From the NCBI GenBank assembly GCA_040755995.1, contig JBFMAF010000034.1, positions 64,001-128,000 on the forward strand: 64,000 nucleotides of DNA. Direction: 5' to 3'. A program made the position numbers and the translations under genes. Source of the DNA: Acidobacteriota bacterium. Its GTDB lineage: Bacteria > Acidobacteriota > CAIWXX01. Of this stretch, positions 28,890 through 37,947 are shown piece after piece. Position 1 is the stretch's first letter. Every line of letters starts with the position of its first letter. A model generated the notes under the pieces. The model did not search any database. It saw only the letters and a list, made by a program, of their open reading frames with translations, and was not told where the DNA came from.

Positions 28890-28928
28890 GGCGGCGGCAT
28901 GGATCTCGAAGTGAATAACTCTGTTCAT
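28890..28928 (-). pseudogene. 5' stub of a VOC/glyoxalase-family gene
   Basis: RBS AAGGAGG then MNRVIHFEIHA, followed by unrelated sequence and a stop. Confidence 0.5.
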
Positions 28929-28964
28929 TCATTCCCTCCTTGATTGTCCATCGGCGCTGTTCAC

Positions 28965-30290
28965 TCAGTCGCTCTCATCCAACGCCGCCCTGACCTTGGC
29001 GGCCAGGTCCTGCGCCGAGAACGGTTCTTGAATGAATCTGCAGCCCTTATCCAGCACGCCCCGGTGCGCGATGATATCCGCCGTGTAACCCGACATGTAC
29101 AAGCATTTCACCTCGGGGCAAAGGGTCTTCATCCGTTCTGCCAATTCCCGTCCGTTCATTACGGGCAGCACCACATCGGTGACCAGCAGGGCGAGCTGGC
29201 CGGCATGGGCCGCAGCCGATCGCAGGGCTTCGGAAGGGGTTTGGGCCGTCAGGACCCTATAGTTGAGCCCGGAGAGAATCCTGTCGGCCAGCTTCAAGAT
29301 CGAGACCTCGTCCTCGACCACCAGCAACGTCTCGCCGAAGCCCTTTGCAGCTCTCCTAGCGGCCTGCTCGCGTTCTTCGGGGATATCCCCGATGTGCCTG
29401 GGCAGGTAGATCCTGAAAGTCGTGCCTTGACCTGGTTCGCTCGCAACGCTAATGAAGCCTTCGTTCTGCTTGACGATGCCGTAGACGGTGGCCAGGCCCA
29501 GGCCGGTCCCCTTGTACTTCTCTTTGGTGGTGAAGAAGGGCTCGAACAGGTGTTCGAGTATCTCCTTGTCCATGCCGCATCCGTCGTCGCTGAACGCCAT
29601 CAGCACATACTGGCCGGGAACGAGCTCGGCGTGGTCGGCGCAGTCTGCTTCATCGACCACTACGATTCCCGTCTCGATGGTGACCTTGCCTACTCCGGTG
29701 ATGGCGTCTCTGGCGTTGACCGCCAGGTTGGCCAGGATCTGGTCGATCTGGGAGGGATCCATCCTCACCATGCACCTTTCATGCGCCGGCCTCCAATCCA
29801 GATCGACATCCTCGCCGATGAGCCTGCGGAGCATCTTGAGGATACCCGATACGCTGTCGTTCAGATCGAGCACTCTCGGGCTTATGGGCTGCCTCCGCGC
29901 GAAGGCGGCAATTGGCGCGTGAGGTCCGCGGAGCGCTTCGCGGCGGACAGCACCTCCGTCAAACCTGTGGAGATCGGGCTCTCTGGAGGCAGGTCTGCGA
30001 GAGCGAGCTCGGTATTCCCCAGGATCACTCCCAGCATGTTGTTGAAATCGTGGGCTACTCCGCCTGCAAGTCTTCCCACGGCCTCCATCTTCTGGGCCTG
30101 TCTGAGTTGCTCCTCCAGGTTCCTGCGCTCCTCCTCCGCCTGCTTGCGCTCGGTGATGTCCTGGGCAGCGGTGAGGGTGAATCTCTCCTTTCCGATTTCC
30201 ACGGTATCTACGTTCACGTTGAAGACACGCACATCGCCGGACTTCGTCCGCAAGCGCAGCTCATAATCCCGTATCACACCACGCTTCTGA
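28965..30290 (-). pseudogene. 5'-truncated, frameshifted PAS-histidine kinase-receiver hybrid
   Basis: QAQKMEAVGRLAGGVAHDFNN, frameshift near 29910, NARDA, FFTTK, GTGLGL, receiver domain. Confidence 0.85.
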
Positions 30291-31014
30291 AACTCGGCCA
30301 GGTCAGGTCGAGACGCATCACAAGCCGGTCCGTGGCCCTCTCGGGTGAAATCCCGATGGACCTCGCCTGCTCTTGGAGCTTGGTGACGAACTCGCCACCG
30401 CCCTGCAGGTGAGGGTGTGGATGCCTGTCAACGATGCGGAATCCGAGCTTCTCCCAGAAAGTGTGCCCGGCGCTGCCCGTGACCTCGTAGATGAGGGGGA
30501 GGTCCTCAAATGACTCGGCCTCGATACATTCCCAGCCGTTTGTCTTGGCCCAATCAATCAGCGTCCTGACCATGCACGTGCCGACGCCCTTTCGCTGGTA
30601 AGCATTCTCCTTCTGCTGCGGCGAGCCTGCCATCAGGCAGTGAACTGCGAGCGTCCTGTCATCTATCTGCGCGGGGGCCGGGTAGCTGCTGTTGGCGAAA
30701 TCCTCAGCGGGGCCGAAGGGATAGTCCTGTTGAAGGCAAAGACCGCCGGCACCATCCATGCTGCATACAACCTTCGGGTAGAAACGAAGATGCCCCACGA
30801 TTTCCTTGCCGTCGCGCGCCACCATGGCGCACACGCCGTAGGTCCTGGTCAGCTTCCTCAGAAGCGGCAAGTTCCGATCGCGGAAGCGCTCCCACGGTAG
30901 TTCGCTGTCGGGCGGCCACCGGTCGATGATGTCGCGGGAAAGCGGTCCACAGTGGAGACAGCGCCACAGGATGAACTCCTCCGTCATCGGTTCAACCATG
31001 ACGTCTTCAATCAT
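30274..31014 (-). CDS. GNAT-family acetyltransferase-like protein
   Basis: YQRKGVGT acetyl-CoA motif, FWEKLGF. Confidence 0.7.
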   Translation of the reverse strand: MIEDVMVEPMTEEFILWRCLHCGPLSRDIIDRWPPDSELPWERFRDRNLPLLRKLTRTYGVCAMVARDGKEIVGHLRFYPKVVCSMDGAGGLCLQQDYPFGPAEDFANSSYPAPAQIDDRTLAVHCLMAGSPQQKENAYQRKGVGTCMVRTLIDWAKTNGWECIEAESFEDLPLIYEVTGSAGHTFWEKLGFRIVDRHPHPHLQGGGEFVTKLQEQARSIGISPERATDRLVMRLDLTWPSFRSVV

Positions 31015-31158
31015 GGCACGCTCAGTCCAGGCCACCGCTGATGCCCACGCGCGGGTATCGCCTCGACAGTGGGATCGCAACGTGGCTCAGCCGCACCGTG
31101 GTCATCCCCCAACCCTCCTTCTCCGTCGGCCGGTCGCCCAGCCGCTGCGCGCGGCGGC

Positions 31159-31470
31159 TCAGACCCGGGCTCTCCGCCTGGCGCTCCGTGCATGGCCGAC
31201 GCTGGCTTCCATGTAGGCCCTGAGCAGTGAGTTGATGCGCGTCTGATAACCCGGCCCTTGGGATCGGAACCACTCCAGGATGTCATCATCCAGGCGGACT
31301 GTGAGCAGCGACTTGCGCCGGATCGGTTTCAGGCCGCGCCTGACCAAAGCGCGGGCGAACATCTCCGGTGTGATTTCAGGACTGTCAGACAGGTCGATAT
31401 CCTCGTCTTTGGTTGCGTCCACACGTGCCCAATCAGTGCACGATTTGTTCGAAGTAGCTTTCTTCCTCAT
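31159..31470 (-). CDS. brnA: BrnA antitoxin
   Basis: TVRLDDDILEWFRSQGPGYQTRINSLLR. Confidence 0.9.
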   Translation of the reverse strand: MRKKATSNKSCTDWARVDATKDEDIDLSDSPEITPEMFARALVRRGLKPIRRKSLLTVRLDDDILEWFRSQGPGYQTRINSLLRAYMEASVGHARSARRRARV

Positions 31471-31708
31471 GTCTCATTGCCTTTCGGACCGAGATGATCC
31501 TGATCAGATCACCCTCCTCCGTGTGCGCGACCACGACGGGGCGCCCCTTGAGCAGGCCGACCGTCTGAAAGCGCCTCTCGTCATAGTCAAAGCGTGTGTC
31601 CTCGATTGTAGCCGTGATGCCCTCGAACACGTCCTCGATACCCACGAAATCAATCCCGTGCTTGCGGAGATTCGCCCGCCGCTTCTTCTCGTCCCATTCG
31701 AACCGCAC
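31433..31708 (-). CDS. brnT: BrnT toxin
   Basis: FEWDEKKRRANLRKHGIDF...IRIISVRKA. Confidence 0.92.
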   Translation of the reverse strand: MRFEWDEKKRRANLRKHGIDFVGIEDVFEGITATIEDTRFDYDERRFQTVGLLKGRPVVVAHTEEGDLIRIISVRKAMRHEEESYFEQIVH

Positions 31709-31714
31709 GCGATG

Positions 31715-31743
31715 ATTGTAACTACTGATCGTAATTACGTCAA
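31715..31743 (-). promoter_or_regulatory. sigma70 promoter of brnTA with GTAATTAC/GTAGTTAC operator-like sites
   Basis: TTGACG-N17-TACAAT, 6 nt before the GTG start. Confidence 0.7.
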
Positions 31744-31929
31744 CGTGGCGCTGTCGGCGCTGACTGTGGACATGAGGACACTCCCCCGGGTTTGGGGTTT
31801 GTGCAACTCATCGGTTCTGCAAGAGAGCGCATTTGCGCGGCGATGGGCGCTACGCTTGTGGCCGCGCCCAGGCCACCCACCATGATAGCCGAAAGAACGA
31901 GCGATGGATGTGAGCGGATTGCATGCTGG

Positions 31930-33723
31930 TCATGCACCGTGGGCCAGGGCCCGAAACTCGGCAGACCTCTGCATGAGCTCATCCCATGTACCGCTGATTT
32001 CAATCCGGCCGGCTCGCAGGAAGACGATACGATCACAGTACTGCACGGTCTGCATGCGGTGTGCGACCAGAAGTATGGTGGTGCGGCCGTGCAGGAAGCC
32101 TATGGCCTGCGCGACGGCCTGCTCGGTGCGGGTGTCCAGCGCGGAGGTGGCTTCATCGAATATGAGCAGCTCGGGGTCGCGATACACCGCCCGTGCAATC
32201 GCCACGCGCTGTCTTTCTCCGCCGGAGATCGTCACGCCGCGCTCGCCGAGCATCGTGTCCAGCCCTGCGGGGAGGCCGGCTACAAAATCCTCGAGCTGCG
32301 CCAGGCGGAGCGCCGCATTGACCTTTTCGTCCACGATGGAGCCATCCGGGACCCCGAACGCTATGTTTCGTCGCAGGGTATCGTGGGTAAGGTAGATGTT
32401 CTGGGGCACGTAGCCGATCTTCCGGCGCCAGGCCTCCGCCCTGTCGCTGATGTCCACGTCATCGACGGTAACTCGGCCCATGGAGGGCGGCAGCAGTCCG
32501 AGAATGATGTCGATGAGCGTGCTCTTGCCTGAACCCGTGGCGCCGACGATGGCAACCGATTCCCCCTTGGCCACGATGAGGTCCAGATCCTTCAAGACAG
32601 GTTCGGCCTCGGGTCCGTAAGCAAAGAAGACGCCCTCCACTGCAAGCCGGCGCTGAAAGGCGAGAGGCCTGTCGCGATCTGCTTCGCCGTGCGGGACGGC
32701 CACTGTGCCTATCAGGCGCATGTCTTCGTAGACCAGGTGGGCATCCGCCGCCCCGTACCGAATGTTGTTCCACTGGACGGCCATCCGGTTGAAAGAAGGA
32801 ATGGCCCGGAATCCTGCATAGGCGAACAGGCCCAGCAGCGGAAGCACTTTTTGCCCGCCGCCGGCTTCCGCGCAGGTCATACCGACAACCAGCAGAGGGA
32901 TGCAGACGAAAACCGTCTCGACTAGAAACCGTGGGGCAGCGTTGAGAGTGGCGTGCCACTTGCGTGTCTTCTCGAGGCGGAGCTGGAGCGACAAGAACAT
33001 GTCGTACCAGTGGCGCTCGCCATCCATGGCCTTCAGTTCCCGGATGCCGCCGAGCGCCTGCTGCAGGGCCTCCCGGGACTCTACCGAGAGCTGGTGCTGC
33101 TCGGCACCGAGGCGGTAGAACCGTCTGTGAGTCCCGTACAGCAACGCTCCGAGCACAAGGCCGATCGCGGCCAGCGACACGAGCGTTGTCACCGGCGAAG
33201 CGAGAATCAGCACGGCGGCCATGCCCGCCAGAACCAGTATTTCGGATATGCATGAAACCGCCGATTCCAGCACCCTCCGTACGGCATCCTCCGTGCTTCG
33301 CACGACCTTGTGCGTGAGGCCTGCGGAACTGCGGCGAGAATGGAACGGCAACGGGGCACTCAGATACTGCAACAGGAGACCGCTGGAGAGCGCGGCCACC
33401 GTCCTGCCTGTCACGGCGCTTCTGAGGTAGGTTGAACCGAGGAGGAAGAAGTTCTTGAATACGAAAAGACACGCGGCCGCGAGCGTGAACGAGAGGATGA
33501 GCCCGGTCGCGTCCCGGATGCCGAGCGCTGAGTACAGCATAGAGACGACGGGCATGCTGTAGGCGCTACTCGGGCTGTCCATGATCCTTATAAGAGCAAA
33601 GACGGCCGCGGCGCCCAGGCTTTCGAGCACGGCCTCGACAAGCGAAAGGGGGATGAGGCCGAACCACCCGAGCCGCATGCGCGGGCTCAGAAGGGACAGG
33701 AGCTTGCGTATACTTGCAAGCAT
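31930..33723 (-). CDS. ABC exporter, permease plus ATPase (PglK/MsbA-like, glycan-associated)
   Basis: N-terminal transmembrane domain, GATGSGKST, ISGGERQR, DEATSALD. Confidence 0.9.
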   Translation of the reverse strand: MLASIRKLLSLLSPRMRLGWFGLIPLSLVEAVLESLGAAAVFALIRIMDSPSSAYSMPVVSMLYSALGIRDATGLILSFTLAAACLFVFKNFFLLGSTYLRSAVTGRTVAALSSGLLLQYLSAPLPFHSRRSSAGLTHKVVRSTEDAVRRVLESAVSCISEILVLAGMAAVLILASPVTTLVSLAAIGLVLGALLYGTHRRFYRLGAEQHQLSVESREALQQALGGIRELKAMDGERHWYDMFLSLQLRLEKTRKWHATLNAAPRFLVETVFVCIPLLVVGMTCAEAGGGQKVLPLLGLFAYAGFRAIPSFNRMAVQWNNIRYGAADAHLVYEDMRLIGTVAVPHGEADRDRPLAFQRRLAVEGVFFAYGPEAEPVLKDLDLIVAKGESVAIVGATGSGKSTLIDIILGLLPPSMGRVTVDDVDISDRAEAWRRKIGYVPQNIYLTHDTLRRNIAFGVPDGSIVDEKVNAALRLAQLEDFVAGLPAGLDTMLGERGVTISGGERQRVAIARAVYRDPELLIFDEATSALDTRTEQAVAQAIGFLHGRTTILLVAHRMQTVQYCDRIVFLRAGRIEISGTWDELMQRSAEFRALAHGA

Positions 33724-34135
33724 TCTACTGCCTCCCCGGGATCAGGCTCTTGTGCACAGTCTCGGTCTTCTCTCCGAAAGCTGCCCGCGAAACAGCCGCT
33801 GCCAATTTGTACACCAGCAAGCCCAGAGCCTCGGATAGTGATGTTTCAACGGCAATGACGACGGGGTTGGCGCGGCACGGCGGCTGTCATGGGAACTCTT
33901 TCGCGAGACCGAATTCACTCATCCCGCATGCACTATAGGGCATCGTTGCACGTTCCGTCAACGTATGCGCAGACCCACCCGTCGAGCGTTCCGCACTTTG
34001 ACAACCGGCCTACCTCAACATATATTCTCGCGGTGCCATGTTCTCATCGGCTTCCGCGTGACGAAGGCCGGGCATGGTCGACGATGGAGTTGCCCTAGCC
34101 CTTCGAGCCTAGTCGTGGATATCTACAGGACTGGA

Positions 34136-35389
34136 ATGAATCCGGGAACCTTCAATCTCGTAAACGGATCATGCCATCGGCGCCAGGAGGAAATAGCCGC
34201 GGTCAAGAGATTCCTTGTCTCGAACAGATGGAGAGAGGAAGGCGGTGTCAATCAGGCGGACCTGGTCATATTCTTTGCCTGCGGTGCGATGCGTCTCAAT
34301 GTCGATGAAATGATGGTGAGCCTCACCGACGTCATTGGCAAGATGAAGAACGGCGCAGAGCTCGTCGTCGGCGGCTGTCTGCCCCGGACAGACAGCGAGA
34401 GGCTGAGCCAGGTCTTCACTGGAAAGACGATTACGTACGCCGATTACACCGCGCTCGACACGCTCCCCGGCGTCGAGAATCGGTTCGAGACACTGCCGAA
34501 GGTGTTCGGCAATGGCGCGTTCTGCCCGCCGCTCGTCAAGCCGGGCCTGCGCAAAGCGGGCGCTCTTCGCCTCGTCAGGCTCTCACTTGACCTCGCGCGT
34601 GTGTTGATGCGCCACCGGCCGACATCCATTCTGAGGAGAATCGCATCAAGGCTCAGGCAATACGAGCGCATGGTGATCAGCGTTGGGGCAGGCTGCTCTC
34701 GAACCTGCCCCTATTGTGCGAAGCGATTCGCCCTGGGCCCCGTGAGGAGCAAACCGGCAGAGAAAGTCATGCAGCGGATTGCGGCAGGGAGAATGCTGGG
34801 GTACCGGACCTTCGATCTCTTTGCCGATTCGATCGGAGACTACGGCCAGGATCTGGGCACCGACTTCGGAGCGCTCCTCGACAGCATCGCGGACTTCGAG
34901 GCAGCCGTCAGCGTCGGGATCTATGATCTACACCCCGAGGATTTCATCCGGTACTTCGACAGAATCCTCGGTTTGTGCAAAACGGACAGGTTGCATTACC
35001 TTTACGTAATCACGGAATCGGGAAACGCGCGGGTGCTGAGATCGATGCGTCGGGAGATCGACACCGTGGATCTCGCTCGAAAGCTTCAGGCAATTCGCGG
35101 CTACAAGAGCGTTTTCATGCAAACGGCGATCATTGTCGGCTATCCGGGCGAGACGGATGAGGAGTTCGACGACACGCTGGCGCTGCTCGGCGAAGTCAAT
35201 TTCGACAATGTGTACGTGCATTGTTATTGCGATATGCCGAACACAGAGTCATCCCGGCTCGACGGCAAGATCTCCAAGGAGACCGTGTCGAGACGATTGC
35301 GCAGGATAGCCGCTGCCGGCATCAGGCACAGCGTTAGCGAGGCCAGGCGCGAGTGCGATCACTCGTTCCCATGGGGCTCGTTGGGCTGA
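34136..35389 (+). CDS. Methylthiotransferase (MiaB/RimO/MtaB)-like radical SAM protein, paralog 1, no TRAM domain
   Basis: N-terminal Cys triad (SCHRR, FACG, GGCLP), CSRTCPYC, IIVGYPGETDEEFDDT. Confidence 0.85.
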   Translation: MNPGTFNLVNGSCHRRQEEIAAVKRFLVSNRWREEGGVNQADLVIFFACGAMRLNVDEMMVSLTDVIGKMKNGAELVVGGCLPRTDSERLSQVFTGKTITYADYTALDTLPGVENRFETLPKVFGNGAFCPPLVKPGLRKAGALRLVRLSLDLARVLMRHRPTSILRRIASRLRQYERMVISVGAGCSRTCPYCAKRFALGPVRSKPAEKVMQRIAAGRMLGYRTFDLFADSIGDYGQDLGTDFGALLDSIADFEAAVSVGIYDLHPEDFIRYFDRILGLCKTDRLHYLYVITESGNARVLRSMRREIDTVDLARKLQAIRGYKSVFMQTAIIVGYPGETDEEFDDTLALLGEVNFDNVYVHCYCDMPNTESSRLDGKISKETVSRRLRRIAAAGIRHSVSEARRECDHSFPWGSLG

Positions 35390-35446
35390 TGAGGGCGTGG
35401 CGTTGAGGCTGGCACCGCCGATTCAACTATCTGCATCTAGAATCGC

Positions 35447-36685
35447 GTGAGATCGTTTCACTTCGTCGACAATTCGTGCTATCGCCGGCAGGAAGAGGTG
35501 TCAATGGTGCGCAGGTTCTTCCTGTCGAACGGATGGACGGAGTCAGCGACGGTGGAGAATGCCGACTGCGTGATCCTGTTCACCTGCGCGGAGATGCGTT
35601 ACAAAGCGGCCAACATGATCGGAGAAGTGGAAAGGCTGTCGGCTCGGATCGGCCGTGATTCGGAGTTGATTGTGGGAAGCTGCCTGCCGAAGACCAACAA
35701 GGAAGCGCTGGCGAAGGTCTTCAGCGGGCGCACGATCACGCCGACCGATTTCAGCGCGCTCAACGCTCTTCCGCAGATCAAAGTCAAGATCGAGGACATG
35801 CCACCCGTCTTTGGTAGGAATGCGGCCTTCAGGCCGTTCCCTGCGCGGAATCGTTGGAGCAAGGGCAACGCCATTCCGTACGGGATATCACGTTGGGCTT
35901 CCAGGCTTATGCTTCGCCACCTTCCATTCGACGGTCTGAAGGGCCTCGCGATAAAGCTCGGAAGAACCAGGGCGATGCGAATCCATGTATCGGCGGGCTG
36001 TGCCAAGAACTGCTCTTACTGCGCGATTCATTTCGCGACCGGGCAGGTCAGGAGCAAACCGCTCGAAGTGATCATGCAGACTATCTCCGAGGGGCTCCGG
36101 CTGGGATACAGAACTTTCGATCTCATCTCCGACTCCATCGGCAGCTACGGCCTGGATCTCGGCACGGACCTGGGCGAGCTATTCGATCGTGTTCTGGGAC
36201 ATCCGGATCGCTTCACGATCGGCATCGACGATCTACATCCACACGAGTTCATCAGGTACTTCGACGGGGTCTTCTCCCTGTGCAGCGCGGGCAAGATGTC
36301 GTACCTCTACGTGCCGGTTCAATCAGGCAATGAGCGGATACTGGGATTGATGAATCGCCGGTGCAATGTGAAGGACCTGACGGACAAGCTCCTAATGATG
36401 AGGCACCTTGGAGATGTTTTCCTGGAGACGAGCGTCATCGTGGGATTTCCCGGGGAAACCGAGGCGGAATTCGACGACACGGTTCATTTCTTGAAGACGG
36501 TCGATTTCGACAACGTGTTCATACACTACTACTGCGACATGCCGAACACCACATCCTCGATCCTCCCCGACAAGACGGACAAGGCCACCATGGTGGAGCG
36601 ATTGAACCGGATCAATCGTTCAGGCATCAGGCACTCTGTGGCGGCCACCCGCCACGAGTGGGACTGCAATCTGGCGCTTCCATGA
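35447..36685 (+). CDS. MTTase-like radical SAM protein, paralog 2
   Basis: SCYRR, FTCA, GSCLP; CAKNCSYC; QSGN; VIVGFPGET. Confidence 0.85.
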   Translation: MRSFHFVDNSCYRRQEEVSMVRRFFLSNGWTESATVENADCVILFTCAEMRYKAANMIGEVERLSARIGRDSELIVGSCLPKTNKEALAKVFSGRTITPTDFSALNALPQIKVKIEDMPPVFGRNAAFRPFPARNRWSKGNAIPYGISRWASRLMLRHLPFDGLKGLAIKLGRTRAMRIHVSAGCAKNCSYCAIHFATGQVRSKPLEVIMQTISEGLRLGYRTFDLISDSIGSYGLDLGTDLGELFDRVLGHPDRFTIGIDDLHPHEFIRYFDGVFSLCSAGKMSYLYVPVQSGNERILGLMNRRCNVKDLTDKLLMMRHLGDVFLETSVIVGFPGETEAEFDDTVHFLKTVDFDNVFIHYYCDMPNTTSSILPDKTDKATMVERLNRINRSGIRHSVAATRHEWDCNLALP

Positions 36686-37947
36686 GCAAGAAGTTCCTCA
36701 TCATCGGCAAGTCGTGCAGTCGGCGGCAGGAAGAAGTGTCCATGGTGAGGAGGTTTCTCCTGTCGAACGACTGGAACGAAACCGGGCGACTGCAGAGAGC
36801 AGACCTGATTGTCTTCTTCGCCTGCGCCGGTGTCCGCTGCATCGTGAACGAGAACCTGGAGGAAATAGCAGAAACCCAGAAGAGAATGAAACCGGGCGCA
36901 GAGCTGATTGTCGGAAGCTGCCTGCCGAGAATGGACACCGAGAGTCTTCGAAGCGTCTTCAAAGGGAGAACCATCACCCCGACGGACTTCACGGCGTTGA
37001 ACGATCTCCCCAATGTCCGGCTGCCTTTCGAAGCCATGCCCGCCATGTGGGGCAGGGATGCTGCGTGCATCCAGTTGAAACACCCCGGATCGATCGCTGC
37101 CTCACGAATGTGGATCGAGGACGCAGCATTCCAGTGCGTCAAGTTCATCATCGAAAAGCGGCCGGCCCCCTTCTTGAAGCGGACGGCCTTCTGGCTGAAG
37201 AGGCGCAACATCGTGAGCTTCTCTGTCGCCGCAGGCTGCTCGAGGAAATGCGCCTACTGTGCCAGGCCGTTCGCGAGCGGAAAGGTACGGAGCAAGCCGA
37301 TCGAGGTGGTCGTGGAGAATATACGCAGAGGACTCAGCCTGGGCTACAGAAGCTACAACCTGTATGCCGACTCCATCGGCACCTACGGCTCTGATCTGGA
37401 CGTCAGTCTCGGGGATCTGTTGGAGCGGATTCTGGGCATAGACGGGCGTTTCACAATCGGCCTGTATGACGTACATGCGCAGGATTTCATCAGGTTCGTT
37501 CATCCGATCAAGCGCCTGTGTGAATCGGGAAAGCTCCATTACCTCTATGTGGGCGTCCAGTCTGGGAACGAGCGCATCTTGAAACTGATGAGGCGGCCGT
37601 GCGACGTGGAGGACCTGGCGGCGAAACTGGCCGACATACGGCGCTTCGAGCACGTGTTCATGCAGTCGGCGATCATCGCAGGATTCCCAGGGGAGACCGA
37701 CGACGAGTTCGAAGATACGCTTCGGCTGTTGAAGCGGGTCAACTTCGACAACGTCTTCGTTCATTGCTACTGCGACATGCCGAACACCGAAGCGTCCGGC
37801 ATGCCGGCCAAGGTCGACAAGGATGCAGTGCGCGGGCGGCTCACCCGTGTCACACGCGCAGGCATCCATCATGACGCAGCGGAGGCCCTGCAAGAGTGGG
37901 ACGGCAACCCCGCTATTCACGATTATTTCGGACATCAGGCCCGATGA
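36682..37947 (+). CDS. MTTase-like radical SAM protein, paralog 3
   Basis: SCSRR, FACA, GSCLP; CSRKCAYC; QSGN; ATGA-coupled to paralog 2. Confidence 0.85.
   Translation: MSKKFLIIGKSCSRRQEEVSMVRRFLLSNDWNETGRLQRADLIVFFACAGVRCIVNENLEEIAETQKRMKPGAELIVGSCLPRMDTESLRSVFKGRTITPTDFTALNDLPNVRLPFEAMPAMWGRDAACIQLKHPGSIAASRMWIEDAAFQCVKFIIEKRPAPFLKRTAFWLKRRNIVSFSVAAGCSRKCAYCARPFASGKVRSKPIEVVVENIRRGLSLGYRSYNLYADSIGTYGSDLDVSLGDLLERILGIDGRFTIGLYDVHAQDFIRFVHPIKRLCESGKLHYLYVGVQSGNERILKLMRRPCDVEDLAAKLADIRRFEHVFMQSAIIAGFPGETDDEFEDTLRLLKRVNFDNVFVHCYCDMPNTEASGMPAKVDKDAVRGRLTRVTRAGIHHDAAEALQEWDGNPAIHDYFGHQAR

Noticed and set aside
36361..36681. N-terminal extension of radical SAM paralog 3 in the ORF track
   Set aside because: It overlaps paralog 2; homology and ATGA coupling put the start at 36682
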